64,000 bases of DNA from an uncultured Collinsella sp. Its GTDB lineage: Bacteria; Actinomycetota; Coriobacteriia; Coriobacteriales; Coriobacteriaceae. The notes beneath the pieces were generated by a model. That model was not told the DNA's origin, made no database searches, and saw only the letters and a program-made list of their open reading frames with translations. Below, one piece after another: positions 33,671 to 43,658 of this stretch. The DNA lies in the NCBI GenBank assembly GCA_900541785.1, contig UQKY01000003.1, positions 7,462-71,461 on the forward strand, read 5' to 3'. The translations under genes and the position numbers were made by a program. Numbering within the stretch: position 1 is the stretch's first letter; the number at the start of each line of letters is the position of its first letter.

Positions 33671-33865
33671 GCAGCTTGCCTTTCATTTCCCCAGTTCGGA
33701 TTGACAAAACTGTCCGTATGTTATCGCATCTTTTTACCGAGACCAAACTCTATACATAAGAAACAGGCTCTCCTGTAAAAATGTCGGAAGCAATCGTAAA
33801 ATTGCACAACAACGCCGCACCCGAAAGTCAAATGCGGCGTCTGCATCAATACCTATGTTGTATCG

Positions 33866-35290
33866 CTATGCGAATGGCTCGTCCTGCTGTATGGGAAACG
33901 TCACCGTAATGGTGGTTCCCACGCCCAACTCGCTCGACAGATCGAGCGTGGCGTGATGATACAGGGCCGCATGCTTGACAATGGCAAGCCCCAGACCGGT
34001 TCCGCCGCGCGCCTTGGACCTACTCTTGTCCACGCGATAGAACCGCTCAAATACCTTGCCCTGTTCTTCAGGCGCGATACCGATTCCCGTGTCGGCGACC
34101 GCAAGGAACGGATGGCCTTCGTCGTTGGTGCCGCACTGCAGCGTAACCGTACCGCCGGGTCGATTGTAGCGGATGGCGTTGCTTGCCAGATTATAGATGA
34201 GCTCGTCAATCAAGCGCGACACGCCCTCGATGACCACAGGCTTGGTCTCATGACTTATCGTCACATTCGCCTGACGGGCGACCTGTTCAAGACGCTGCTC
34301 AACCGCGTAGATGGCACGCGAGAGCTCAATAGGCTCCGTGGACCCAATGGGCACCGCCTCGCCCTCAGTTGCACGCTCGGCCTCGTCCAAGTTAGACAGC
34401 GTAAGGATGTCGTTGACAAGCGCTGCCAAGCGGCCCGCCTCACGATAGATGCGACCGCCAAAGTTGCGCAGGTCGTCCTCGCCCTCGACCATGCCGTTTG
34501 CGATGAGCTCGGCATAGCCCGAAATCGCCGTAAGCGGCGTCTTGAGCTCATGGGTGATATTCGCCGTGAACTCGCGGCGCATACGATCGTTGTCCGCCAG
34601 CACCGCCATTTGGCGCTTGAGTTCCTGGCGCTGCGACTCGATACGCTCAAGCATGGGGACCATCTCGGCATAGGCGTGCTCATAGCTACGGCGTGGGTGG
34701 TCCAAATCCACCTCTTGCAACGGCGCGATGATGGCACGGGACTCGCGGCGCGCCATAAAAAACGAGAGTACCGCACCCGCTGCTGCGATAAGCAGCATCG
34801 GCGCCACCATCGACAGCAAAATCGCCGCAACGCCAGGCTGGGCCTGCGCCAAGCGGACAACCTGGCCGTTATCAAGGGCGACGGCGCGATACAGCATAAT
34901 CTCGTCGAGCGTAGAGCTTGCGCGCTCCGCGGAACCCGAACCATTCTCAAAGGCCTCGATGACCTCGGGGCGATCGCCGTGGTTGGGCAGTGTGGAAGGC
35001 GACGCCTCGTTGTCGTAGGCAACCGATCCATCCTTGTTAATCAGCGTGATGCGCAAGTCCTCGCGATCGAGGCTACGCAAGAACGGGATGAGCTCCTGCT
35101 GCTCGTCGAGGGCGGCAGCAATGAGCTCGGTTTCCTGTGCCAGATTGGCACTCGTGGCATCCGCCAAGGTGTTTTGCACAAAGAACGCACCCAGCACCGT
35201 AAACGCCACGATAACCGCCATGGCGCAGACAAAGATCGTCACAAAAACGCGGTGCGACAGCGTATGTTTTCCCTGGGGGGCGAAGACCAC
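33866..35290 (-). CDS. Sensor histidine kinase (PhoR/SenX3-like)
   Basis: Two N-terminal TM helices, H-box ITHELKTPLTAISGYAELI, N/G boxes ...NAIRYNRPGG...DTGIGI...GGTGLGLAIVKH. Confidence 0.85.
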   Translation of the reverse strand: MVFAPQGKHTLSHRVFVTIFVCAMAVIVAFTVLGAFFVQNTLADATSANLAQETELIAAALDEQQELIPFLRSLDREDLRITLINKDGSVAYDNEASPSTLPNHGDRPEVIEAFENGSGSAERASSTLDEIMLYRAVALDNGQVVRLAQAQPGVAAILLSMVAPMLLIAAAGAVLSFFMARRESRAIIAPLQEVDLDHPRRSYEHAYAEMVPMLERIESQRQELKRQMAVLADNDRMRREFTANITHELKTPLTAISGYAELIANGMVEGEDDLRNFGGRIYREAGRLAALVNDILTLSNLDEAERATEGEAVPIGSTEPIELSRAIYAVEQRLEQVARQANVTISHETKPVVIEGVSRLIDELIYNLASNAIRYNRPGGTVTLQCGTNDEGHPFLAVADTGIGIAPEEQGKVFERFYRVDKSRSKARGGTGLGLAIVKHAALYHHATLDLSSELGVGTTITVTFPIQQDEPFA

Positions 35291-35293
35291 GGG

Positions 35294-36022
35294 TTACTCC
35301 TCCGATGCAGTGGCCGCGGTGTCGTCACCTTCGGCACCATCACCGGCAGAAGGCTCGGCCAAGCGGTAGCCCACGCCGCGCACGGTCTCGATGGCGCTGG
35401 CATGCTCGCCCAGTTTTTGGCGAAGCGTCTGCACGTGCACGTCAACGGTGCGCGAACCGCCGTCGAAGTCCCAGCCCCACACGCTCTGCAGCAACGACTC
35501 GCGGGTAAAAACCACGCCGGGCTTGCGCATGAGGTACTCGAGCAGGTCGAACTCGCGCAGGGTGAGCTTAAGCGGCTCGCCGGCAACGGTCACCTCGCGA
35601 TGGCTGGGCGAGAGCACGATGTCGCCCACGCTGAGCACATCGCTCGCCTGCTTGACCATGCCGCCGCGACGCAGCAGTGCGCGGCAGCGGCTCGCAAGCT
35701 CCATGAGCGAAAACGGCTTAGTCAGGTAATCGTCGGCACCGCCATCGAGCGCCATCACCTTGTCGAGCTCGGTATCCTTGGCGGTAAGCATCATGATGGG
35801 CACCGTCGCCGTCAGGCGATCGGCACGCAGTCGACGCATAATCGCCAAGCCATCGGTATCGGGCAGCATGATGTCGAGCAGGACGGCATCGGGTACCCGT
35901 CGCGCCACGGCAGCCTTAAACTCACCGTCGCACGAAAAGCCTTCGGCCTCAATCCCCTGCTTGCGCAGCGCATAGACCGTCAAATCCCTGATGTTGTCAT
36001 CGTCCTCGACGTAATAGATCAT
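35294..36022 (-). CDS. OmpR/PhoB-family response regulator
   Basis: Receiver domain (MIYYVEDDDNIRDL...DIMLPDTDG...) plus a winged-helix DNA-binding domain. The start is set at the internal ATG. Confidence 0.85.
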   Translation of the reverse strand: MIYYVEDDDNIRDLTVYALRKQGIEAEGFSCDGEFKAAVARRVPDAVLLDIMLPDTDGLAIMRRLRADRLTATVPIMMLTAKDTELDKVMALDGGADDYLTKPFSLMELASRCRALLRRGGMVKQASDVLSVGDIVLSPSHREVTVAGEPLKLTLREFDLLEYLMRKPGVVFTRESLLQSVWGWDFDGGSRTVDVHVQTLRQKLGEHASAIETVRGVGYRLAEPSAGDGAEGDDTAATASEE

Positions 36023-36086
36023 GTTGAACCCCTTTGCGGCCGGCATGACCGCATCTTAACCCTAAAGGTACCTTTACTAGATGGTA

Positions 36087-36977
36087 TCAGCCAAAACGCC
36101 CCGTCAAATAATCCGCCGTGCGCGGATCGGTCGGATTCTTGAAGAGTTGCGCGGTGGGCGCGTGCTCCACCAGCTCACCCAGCAAAAAGAATGCGACCGA
36201 ATCGGAGATACGCGCCGCCTGCTGCATATTGTGCGTAACGACCACGAGCGTGCAGGTCTCTTTGAGCTCACAGGCCAGCTGCTCCACCACCAGCGTCGAC
36301 ACAGGGTCGAGTGCCGAGGTCGGCTCGTCCATCAGCAGAATGTCGGGCTGCACGGCCAGCGCGCGGGCGATGCACAGACGCTGCTGCTGGCCGCCCGAAA
36401 GACCCAGACCCGACTCTTTGAGCTTGTCCTTGACCTCATCCCATAGCGCAGCGCGACGAAGGGAGTCCTCGACCAGCTCGTCGAGCACGACGCGGTCGCG
36501 CACACCCATACCGCGCGGCCCATAGGCGACGTTGTCGTAGATGCTCATGGGAAACGGGTTGGGGCGCTGGAACACCATGCCCACGCGCTGGCGCAAACGG
36601 CAGATGTCGTAATCGCCCAGGATATCTTGACCATCGAGCGCAATCTTGCCCTCGATACGGCAATCCTTGATGCCGTCGTTCATGCGGTTAAAGCAGCGCA
36701 GCAACGTGGACTTTCCGCAGCCCGAAGGCCCGATAAATGAGGTGATCTGCTTGTCGCGGATCTTGATATTCACGTCCTTGAGCGCATGATGGTCGCCATA
36801 GAACAGGTCGAGGCCCTCGACGTCGATGCGCGTCGGCGAGGCGGCAAGATCCTCTGCCGTGGGGCGAGTCGCATCCCCAACCTCGCGCTCGTGCGCGGCC
36901 TCGGCCTGCGCTTCCATGAGTTCTTCAAGCTCCGTGGGCTCCACAGCCGCAGCAGCCGTCATACCGCATACCTCCAC
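36087..36977 (-). CDS. pstB: Phosphate ABC transporter ATP-binding protein PstB-like (orphan)
   Basis: PstB signatures [19 protein letters not shown] and [16 protein letters not shown]. No pstS/C/A or phoU is adjacent. Confidence 0.75.
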   Translation of the reverse strand: MEVCGMTAAAAVEPTELEELMEAQAEAAHEREVGDATRPTAEDLAASPTRIDVEGLDLFYGDHHALKDVNIKIRDKQITSFIGPSGCGKSTLLRCFNRMNDGIKDCRIEGKIALDGQDILGDYDICRLRQRVGMVFQRPNPFPMSIYDNVAYGPRGMGVRDRVVLDELVEDSLRRAALWDEVKDKLKESGLGLSGGQQQRLCIARALAVQPDILLMDEPTSALDPVSTLVVEQLACELKETCTLVVVTHNMQQAARISDSVAFFLLGELVEHAPTAQLFKNPTDPRTADYLTGRFG

Positions 36978-37065
36978 ATCGATATCAATTCAGCAGTATC
37001 GATAGTAGAAATCGCGGCTCATATGCACGTGAGCGCATTGTCAAGTGTTTGTAAGGGCACGCTGG

Positions 37066-38310
37066 CTATGCGGCGGGCAGCTCGATGGTGAATATCGTGT
37101 GTTCGGGCGTCGATTCACATGCAACGGTACCGCCGTGTGCCGCGATGATCTCCTTGGCAATAGCAAGGCCCAGACCGGCACCACCGCGATTGGTCGCACG
37201 CGCCGCATCCAGGCGATAGAACTTCTCAAAGATCACCTTGAGCTTAGCCGCAGGGATAGGATCGCCCTGATTGATAAAGCGAACGCGCACGCCGCCATCG
37301 TCTTGGCGCCCGGCCTCAATCGTGATAGTCGAGCCCTCATAGCTATAGGCGACGGCGTTTTTCATGATGTTGTTGAACACGCGAGCCATCTTGTCGCCAT
37401 CCACGAGCACCGTCAGGTCCTCGTGGATATCAACTTGGGCTTCCTTATGCTGCTCGTTGAGGATGGGATAGAACTCGTCAGCCACCTGAGCCAGCAGCAA
37501 CCCCAGATCAACATAGCCGCGCGTGAGCACGATATCGTGGAAGTCAAAGCGTGTGATATCGAAGAACTCTTCGATGAGTGCATCGAGCCGGTGCGCCTTG
37601 TCGAGAGCCACGCCCGTAAAGTGCGCACGTTGCTCAACCGGCAGCTCAGGAGCCTCTTGCAGCAGCGAAAGATAGCCCACCACACTGGCAAGCGGGGTGC
37701 GTAGGTCATGTGCCAAGTACGTGACCAGATCATCCTTGCGATGCGACTCGTCACGCAAGGCCTGTTGCACCTTGCGCTCACGGTCACGCACGCGGTTAAG
37801 GGCGCCCTCGACCTCCAAGAAGTCGCCGTCGATGTTGTCCCAGGTGTCGGGGTGATCGATCAGGCGATCTTGAATACGAGCGGCCAGCACACAATCGGCA
37901 TGCTGCTCGCCCTGTTCGTAGCCCTGGTAGTACAGGGCGCGGCCACACAAGAACAGCACGCACGCGGCAAGCGCCAGCACAAAGCCAAGCATGTTGAATA
38001 CAAAGCCGGCATCGAACAGCACCGGCCCTTCGATGCCGCCGAGCGCCATGGCGCCAATCGCCAACGTCATGGCCCACGCGGCGCCGCCAATCACCATGCA
38101 GCGGCGCACGATCTCAAATCGATCGATCAGCAAAAAGCCGGCAAGCAGCACCGTCAAGATTCCGGCGATGTTGTCGATGCCAATCAGCAGCAGGCTCAGC
38201 AAAAAGAGCAGCACCGTTGCAAGCGCGCGGTTGTCGACGACCGACCTCACGTATTCAAAGAGCCGATCGGGTACCTCGAATGCCTGCCTATCGTCTTTTG
38301 TCATATCCAC
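37066..38310 (-). CDS. Sensor histidine kinase (VanS/ResE-like)
   Basis: Multiple N-terminal TM helices, H-box LAHDLRTPLASVVGYLSLL, and an ATP-binding domain ...GGAGLGLAIAKEII... Confidence 0.85.
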   Translation of the reverse strand: MDMTKDDRQAFEVPDRLFEYVRSVVDNRALATVLLFLLSLLLIGIDNIAGILTVLLAGFLLIDRFEIVRRCMVIGGAAWAMTLAIGAMALGGIEGPVLFDAGFVFNMLGFVLALAACVLFLCGRALYYQGYEQGEQHADCVLAARIQDRLIDHPDTWDNIDGDFLEVEGALNRVRDRERKVQQALRDESHRKDDLVTYLAHDLRTPLASVVGYLSLLQEAPELPVEQRAHFTGVALDKAHRLDALIEEFFDITRFDFHDIVLTRGYVDLGLLLAQVADEFYPILNEQHKEAQVDIHEDLTVLVDGDKMARVFNNIMKNAVAYSYEGSTITIEAGRQDDGGVRVRFINQGDPIPAAKLKVIFEKFYRLDAARATNRGGAGLGLAIAKEIIAAHGGTVACESTPEHTIFTIELPAA

Positions 38311-38329
38311 TTCCCCACCATCAAAGGCG

Positions 38330-39025
38330 CTATTCGATGATGTAGCCGACGCCCCAGACGTTTTTGATAAAGCGTGGCTTTTGTGCGTCGTCGCCGATTT
38401 TTTCGCGCAAGTGGCGAATGTGCACCATCACCGTATTGTTGGAGCCGGGCATAAAATCCTCGCTCCACACCGCGCGGAACAGGTCCTCCACGGCCACCAC
38501 GCTGCCGCGATGCTCGACCAGATACAGCAAGATTGAATACTCGGTGGGTGTGAGGCGTACCGGTGCACCGTCCACCGTCACGGAACGAGCGTCGCGGTTG
38601 ATCTCCAAGCCGTCGAGCTGAATGGTCGGCGACTCGGCCGCCTGTGCACGGCTACCGTAGCTGGTGTAGCGGCGAAGCTGAGCGTGCACGCGCGCGATGA
38701 GCTCCAGCGGACGGAACGGCTTAACCACGTAATCGTCCGCGCCAAGCGAAAGGCCCCCGATCTTGTCTTGCTGGGCATCGCGCGCCGTCAGCATGATCAC
38801 GGGATAGGTATGGCTGGAACGGATCGTACGCAGCAGCTCAAACCCATCGATATCGGGCAGCATGACATCTAGCAGCGCCAAATCGAACTCCTGCTCCAAA
38901 ATCGCCTTGGCAGCATCGGCCCCGCTATAGGCAATCTGGACATCAAAGCCCTCTTTTGTAAGGTAGATGCCAACCAAGTCGGCGATGGCCTTTTCGTCAT
39001 CAACTACCAGTATGCGCTCGTTCAT
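38330..39025 (-). CDS. OmpR-family response regulator (VanR-like)
   Basis: MNERILVVDDEKAIADLV...LDVMLPDIDGFELL..., followed by a winged-helix domain. Confidence 0.9.
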   Translation of the reverse strand: MNERILVVDDEKAIADLVGIYLTKEGFDVQIAYSGADAAKAILEQEFDLALLDVMLPDIDGFELLRTIRSSHTYPVIMLTARDAQQDKIGGLSLGADDYVVKPFRPLELIARVHAQLRRYTSYGSRAQAAESPTIQLDGLEINRDARSVTVDGAPVRLTPTEYSILLYLVEHRGSVVAVEDLFRAVWSEDFMPGSNNTVMVHIRHLREKIGDDAQKPRFIKNVWGVGYIIE

Positions 39026-39153
39026 GCGTGCTCCTCTCGCGCTCCATTATGCCTGAGGCGACGCACGCCACACACAACAAGCGTGGGTGATTAAGTCGGT
39101 CTTAAGCACCCTTGTGCCCGTTCGAACGCGGATGTGGGCCACGCACGCACGCG

Positions 39154-40563
39154 ATGATCGCCGACGCCGGCAAACGATATACTCTAGTTTCAGAAGAGAC
39201 CATCCCGTCGAAAGCGAAATCTGTGAAGTCCCTCACCTCTTTTGCAAAGCGCTCAGCCCAGCTTGCCGCCGGCTTTGTCTGCGCTATCGCCCTTGCCGCT
39301 GGCGCGCCCACCGTCGCCGGCGCCCAAGTGCTCACGACCGACAATGTTTGCGGCAAAACCGCCGATGCGCGCGGCATCACGGCCGAAAACCTGCCCGATA
39401 TCGATGCGACCAATGCCCTCGTCATGGGCAAAGACGGTACCGTCTACTATGGGCGCGGCGCCGATGAGCAGGTCAAAATCGCCTCGATCACCAAGGTCAT
39501 GACCGCAATCCTAACCGTCGAGAATTGCAAGATGGACGAGAAGGTCACGGTGAGCAACGCCGCAGCCACCGTGGGTAATTCGACCGCCGGCTTGCTCGAA
39601 GGCGACGAGCTTACCGTGGAGCAGGCACTACGCGGTCTGATGATTCCCTCGGGCAACGACGCCGCCATCGTGCTCGCCGAATATGTGGGCAAGAAGATCG
39701 ACCCCAAGACCAAAGACGCCGAGGCCACATTTGTGAAGGCCATGAACGAGCGCGCTAAGAAGCTCGGCTGTACCGGTACGCTTTTTGAAAACCCGCATGG
39801 TCTGGACTTTGATGAGTGGGCTGGCAATATGCACTCAACCGCACACGACGTAGCGCTGATGATGCAGGAGGCCATGAAAAACGACACGATCCGCGAGGTC
39901 GTAGCGAGCGAGGATTCCTGGATCGAGGTCACGGGCGCCGACGGCACCGACCATTCGCATTCCATGGACACGCATAACTATTTGCTGGGCCAAGATGGCA
40001 ACATCGGCGGCAAGACCGGCACCACCGACGACGCGGGCTATTGCTTTACGAGCGCCTACAACCGCGACGGCGACGAGATCTACACCGTTATTTTGAACTC
40101 CACCACCACCGATCAGCGCTTTACCGATACCGCCACCCTTGCCAACTGGTACTACGGTCACGAGGTGACGGTCGCAATCGCCAACACGCAAGAAAAGACC
40201 GCCAACGGCAACCCGCTTATGGCGCGCATTAGTCAAACCGACTGGACGGATAAGACAATCGACGCCACGCTCGCCGATCCCACGGCGCAAGCGACCGTGT
40301 TTTCCCTTGCCGGCGAGGTGACCGAAAAGGTTAGCTACGACGATCTTTCGGGCACGGTGCATGTGGGCGACAAGGTGGGCAGCGTTACACTCAAGCAGGA
40401 CGGCACCAAGATCGCCGTCATGGACCTGGTTGCCGACGAGGAAGGCGCAGGGCCGAATCCCATTGAATGGCTGCTCGTGAAGCTCGATCGCTTGGGCCGC
40501 CGCATCGACAACCGCCCGCTCACAGCCGAGAGCGAGACCGTAGCCAAGGCGCCCAAGGCGTAG
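39154..40563 (+). CDS. Serine-type D-Ala-D-Ala carboxypeptidase (peptidase S11, PBP5/DacF-like)
   Basis: Signal peptide, then active-site SxxK (ASITKVMTA), SGN (IPSGNDAA) and KTG (GGKTGTT) motifs. The exact start is uncertain (ATG at 39154, or upstream at 39112). Confidence 0.75.
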   Translation: MIADAGKRYTLVSEETIPSKAKSVKSLTSFAKRSAQLAAGFVCAIALAAGAPTVAGAQVLTTDNVCGKTADARGITAENLPDIDATNALVMGKDGTVYYGRGADEQVKIASITKVMTAILTVENCKMDEKVTVSNAAATVGNSTAGLLEGDELTVEQALRGLMIPSGNDAAIVLAEYVGKKIDPKTKDAEATFVKAMNERAKKLGCTGTLFENPHGLDFDEWAGNMHSTAHDVALMMQEAMKNDTIREVVASEDSWIEVTGADGTDHSHSMDTHNYLLGQDGNIGGKTGTTDDAGYCFTSAYNRDGDEIYTVILNSTTTDQRFTDTATLANWYYGHEVTVAIANTQEKTANGNPLMARISQTDWTDKTIDATLADPTAQATVFSLAGEVTEKVSYDDLSGTVHVGDKVGSVTLKQDGTKIAVMDLVADEEGAGPNPIEWLLVKLDRLGRRIDNRPLTAESETVAKAPKA

Positions 40564-40591
40564 GGCCGGAGCGATATCACATCGAACCAAA

Positions 40592-40622
40592 TGAGGCGTC
40601 CAACGGGGCGCCTCAATTTTGA
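40592..40622 (+). terminator. Terminator of the carboxypeptidase gene
   Basis: gaggcgtccaacggggcgcctc hairpin followed by aatttt. Confidence 0.5.
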
Positions 40623-40694
40623 GGGTTCGAATCCCCAGCCTCCTTTCTCCGCACAAAAAAGGGCCCCAAATGGGACCCTTCTTCAAATTCGTAC

Positions 40695-40785
40695 TGGCGG
40701 AGAGCTGGGGATTCGAACCCCAGATGCCCTTTTGGGGCATACTCGCTTAGCAGGCGAGCACCTTCGGCCTCTCGGTCAGCTCTCC
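40695..40785 (-). tRNA. tRNA-Ser (anticodon GCT)
   Basis: Reverse complement GGAGAGCTGACCGAGAGGCCGAAGGTGCTCGCCTGCTAAGCGAGTATGCCCCAAAAGGGCATCTGGGGTTCGAATCCCCAGCTCTCCGCCA: 7-bp acceptor, long variable arm, anticodon loop CTGCTAA, encoded CCA. A terminator hairpin gggtcccatttggggccc plus T6 follows on the minus strand. Confidence 0.85.
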
Positions 40786-40877
40786 GTAACAGCCGTTCTA
40801 TAGTAACCAAACAGCCAAGGATGGGCAAGAGGAAATTTTCTAATTGCCTAGCATCCTTTCCTCATTGGAAGCTTCGC

Positions 40878-43319
40878 CTACCCCAGCGAGCGGTTGAGGG
40901 AGCCGAGCTCGTCGTTGCCCATGGTGCGCCACATTTGGAAGATGCAACCGCGTGCCAGGAAAAAGAAGCCGTTGTCGACCAGTTGAACAGCGGCATCTGC
41001 CAGCTGATTCGTCACGGCGGACACTGGCGGCAGCTCGAGTCCAGCCTTGCGAATGGTCTCGACCGCTTCCTCGAACGTCGGAGGCTCGCTGACGCCCATC
41101 TCGTTCATAAGGCCCTGCATTTCTTCCAGCGCGCTGCTGCCCGACTCCTCGCCACGTGGCACCAGACGGTAACAAGCCAGCGCAAGGTCGAGCTGATCGC
41201 AATTCCAATAGGCAAACGCCAGGCGATAGAACAGGTAGCCGATTGCAGAGCGATCGCTGGCAATACGTAGGCCGTGGCGCGCCACCTCGATAATCTCGTC
41301 AAAGCGCTCCAGACGCGCAAGAACGTTGATGAGCGCAAAGTGCGATTGCATGGACGAGCGCGCCAGATCGTAAAGATGGCGCACCTCGGGCAGCGCTCGT
41401 TCAAAGTCCTCTTGCTCGACGTAAAAGCTGCAGATCTCGTGTTGGGCAAAGTACAGCGCATCGGGCGCACGAAGGATTCGCACAGAGCGGTCTTCTTCCA
41501 ACACCGGTAGCACCATGCGCACCAGCTGGTTATCGCAAAACTGCGTTTGAACCGGGCCCGTCGCCAAAAGCTCGGCAACGGCGCACTTAGCCTCCAACTC
41601 CTCAACAAGACGGGAAAAGCCTTCAAAAGCACCTGTACGGTCGACTTTTGCCTGCTCGCGCAATTCAACAACACGGGCCACGTATGGGTCGTCGTCCTCT
41701 TCCATGACCTCCAACTCGTCAGCCGTATCGGCAAGCAGCAAATCGCGCAGCGCCGGCGGAAGCGTGCGATGGTCATCACGCGGACGAGCATGAACCTCCG
41801 CAGGTTCAATCGTCTCCGGAGCAGTTGACTCATACGCCTCAAGTACACGCTTGCACGGCATATCGTCCATGTCCATGCTCTCAAGATCCTTGGCGACAGG
41901 CACGCAATCGGCCAGATAGGCCGCGCGCCCAAAGAAATACGTTGCGACAACGCGCTCGCCCTGCTCACTGTCGGGAGCAGCAATCTGCACATAGCAGCGC
42001 GTGATGCAGGTGCCCGCGGCAAAACACGCTGCCGCAAGCGTGAGTGCCACGCGCGCATCGTGCTCCGCGGCCCAGATCGCGCGCGTGTCCTCGTCCAGCT
42101 CGCGCCAGGCGTCATCCTGAGCGTCGTATTCACGTTGCGGCATGGCATCAACGACAGACTGCCCAAACCGAACGAGCATAATCCCCTCGGCAACGTTTGC
42201 CCGATAGGTATAGTCGAGCCGCGTGACCACGTTGAGCGCCTCAACGATTCGCGCAAAACGGGTGCGCACGTCCCACTCGCCGCCCGGCTGGCAAGCCACC
42301 GTACCCGGCTTGCCCCACGGGTTATCGCTCGAAGCCGTATCGAGCAGTCGGGGAACATCGTTGGTCGTCTTGGCGATATGCCACGCATCAAAGAGCGCGC
42401 AGCCCTCAAGGCTCGGCGAGGATGCCGCAGGGACCAATCCGGCCCCGATGCGCTCAAGGATGCCGGAGAGGCGGTTGAGACGGCACTCGATGGCAAGCAG
42501 CATGTCAATCTCGTCCTGGTCCAACAGGCTACGATCAAAATTGAGATAGAAAATCTTTGAGCGATCAATGCGAGCCAGGCTCATCTCGGACTTGGCAGCG
42601 ATGGTGCGCAGGCGGGGCAAGTCAATTTCGCTCATAAGGGCGGCCGCATAACGCTCGATACCGCTCGGATTCTCGGCATGGTCAACGCGGTAGAGCAGCG
42701 TCTCGATAGCATCGGGGAGCGGTGCCGTGTTAAAGCCCAAAAACACCTCGACCGGCTCGGGCAACTTTACGAGCTTGATCTTGTCGACAACGTTTTGCAT
42801 ACCCTCGTCGAGTCCGCCGGCGTCCGCCGTGTTCACAATAGCGCTTTCGGAGTTGGCAAATATCACGTAGCGCAAGAACATCGAGGCCATGAACTCGCCG
42901 TAAGGAAGGGCGCGGGTCGAATTCCATGTCTCGTGGTCGGACTGCTCGCGCATGGGGCCTTCGGGAGAGCCGGCAGTTTGCGCACACGCGCGCATTGCAC
43001 CGTTGGCTTCCCTTACCATAATCTCACCAATACTGGAATCCGACTCGTCAAGGACCAGTTCCATGTCGGGATCGTTGGGCAGCGGAGCCTCGCTGACGGG
43101 GCGGTCCACCTTGTACACCTCACCCGAAACGCTTACGTAGCCCAAAAGCGACACATGACTTTTGCCAACGAATTCGACGACATAACAAGATTCAAGCTGA
43201 TCCTCGCCAAAGAGTTTCCAGACCACGCCATATGAGCGTCCCGCAGGCTGCTCGGGCATCGCCGGAAAGCGCTTCTTGGGATCGAGAAACCTGAGCTTGT
43301 ATGTCGGACGCTCTGCCAC
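40878..43319 (-). CDS. Large uncharacterised cytoplasmic protein with C-terminal TPR-like repeats
   Basis: 813 aa with a GTG start. No recognisable catalytic motifs and no TM segments. The C-terminal roughly 200 aa contain helical repeat units (LYDLARSSMQSHFALINVLARLERFDEIIEVARHGL..., AIGYLFYRLAFAYWNCDQLDLALACYRL). Confidence 0.55.
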   Translation of the reverse strand: MAERPTYKLRFLDPKKRFPAMPEQPAGRSYGVVWKLFGEDQLESCYVVEFVGKSHVSLLGYVSVSGEVYKVDRPVSEAPLPNDPDMELVLDESDSSIGEIMVREANGAMRACAQTAGSPEGPMREQSDHETWNSTRALPYGEFMASMFLRYVIFANSESAIVNTADAGGLDEGMQNVVDKIKLVKLPEPVEVFLGFNTAPLPDAIETLLYRVDHAENPSGIERYAAALMSEIDLPRLRTIAAKSEMSLARIDRSKIFYLNFDRSLLDQDEIDMLLAIECRLNRLSGILERIGAGLVPAASSPSLEGCALFDAWHIAKTTNDVPRLLDTASSDNPWGKPGTVACQPGGEWDVRTRFARIVEALNVVTRLDYTYRANVAEGIMLVRFGQSVVDAMPQREYDAQDDAWRELDEDTRAIWAAEHDARVALTLAAACFAAGTCITRCYVQIAAPDSEQGERVVATYFFGRAAYLADCVPVAKDLESMDMDDMPCKRVLEAYESTAPETIEPAEVHARPRDDHRTLPPALRDLLLADTADELEVMEEDDDPYVARVVELREQAKVDRTGAFEGFSRLVEELEAKCAVAELLATGPVQTQFCDNQLVRMVLPVLEEDRSVRILRAPDALYFAQHEICSFYVEQEDFERALPEVRHLYDLARSSMQSHFALINVLARLERFDEIIEVARHGLRIASDRSAIGYLFYRLAFAYWNCDQLDLALACYRLVPRGEESGSSALEEMQGLMNEMGVSEPPTFEEAVETIRKAGLELPPVSAVTNQLADAAVQLVDNGFFFLARGCIFQMWRTMGNDELGSLNRSLG

Positions 43320-43504
43320 GAAGTATCACCCTGATCGGTCGCTTGAAGAAGGAGTGGTCGCGAATAAGTCGCGACATCTACTCGGAATCTTACACGAGTC
43401 GACAGGAAATCGTCCGCTTCACGCTCGCGCCTCGACCGAGGTTCGAATCCATGCAGCGGCGACATAAAAGAAAAGCCCCCGTTGCCGGGAGCTTTAATCT
43501 CAAA

Positions 43505-43581
43505 TGGTGCGGCGTATAGGATTCGAACCTATGACGTTCTGATTCGTAGTCAGACCCTCTATCCAGCTGAGGTAACGCCGC
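43505..43581 (-). tRNA. tRNA-Arg (anticodon ACG)
   Basis: Reverse complement GCGGCGTTACCTCAGCTGGATAGAGGGTCTGACTACGAATCAGAACGTCATAGGTTCGAATCCTATACGCCGCACCA: a 77-nt cloverleaf with anticodon loop CTACGAA and encoded CCA. Confidence 0.85.
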
Positions 43582-43658
43582 AGCGCAAGACATATAAAAC
43601 CACTTTAGCTTATTGGAGTCAAGCACAATCTCAAACTTTTTTGTGGAACGCAGTTTTG

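Noticed and set aside
33953-36142. 729-aa plus-strand ORF
   Set aside because: Antisense across the histidine kinase, response regulator and pstB; this would require no terminators in a region with three strong minus-strand genes.
43340-43470. Possible plus-strand tRNA, tmRNA or tRNA-Sec ending in GGTTCGAATCC...GCGGCGACA
   Set aside because: No 5' acceptor strand complementary to the 3' end and no D or anticodon arms could be folded. It is interpreted as an inverted T-arm fragment plus the 5' leader of the 813-aa gene.
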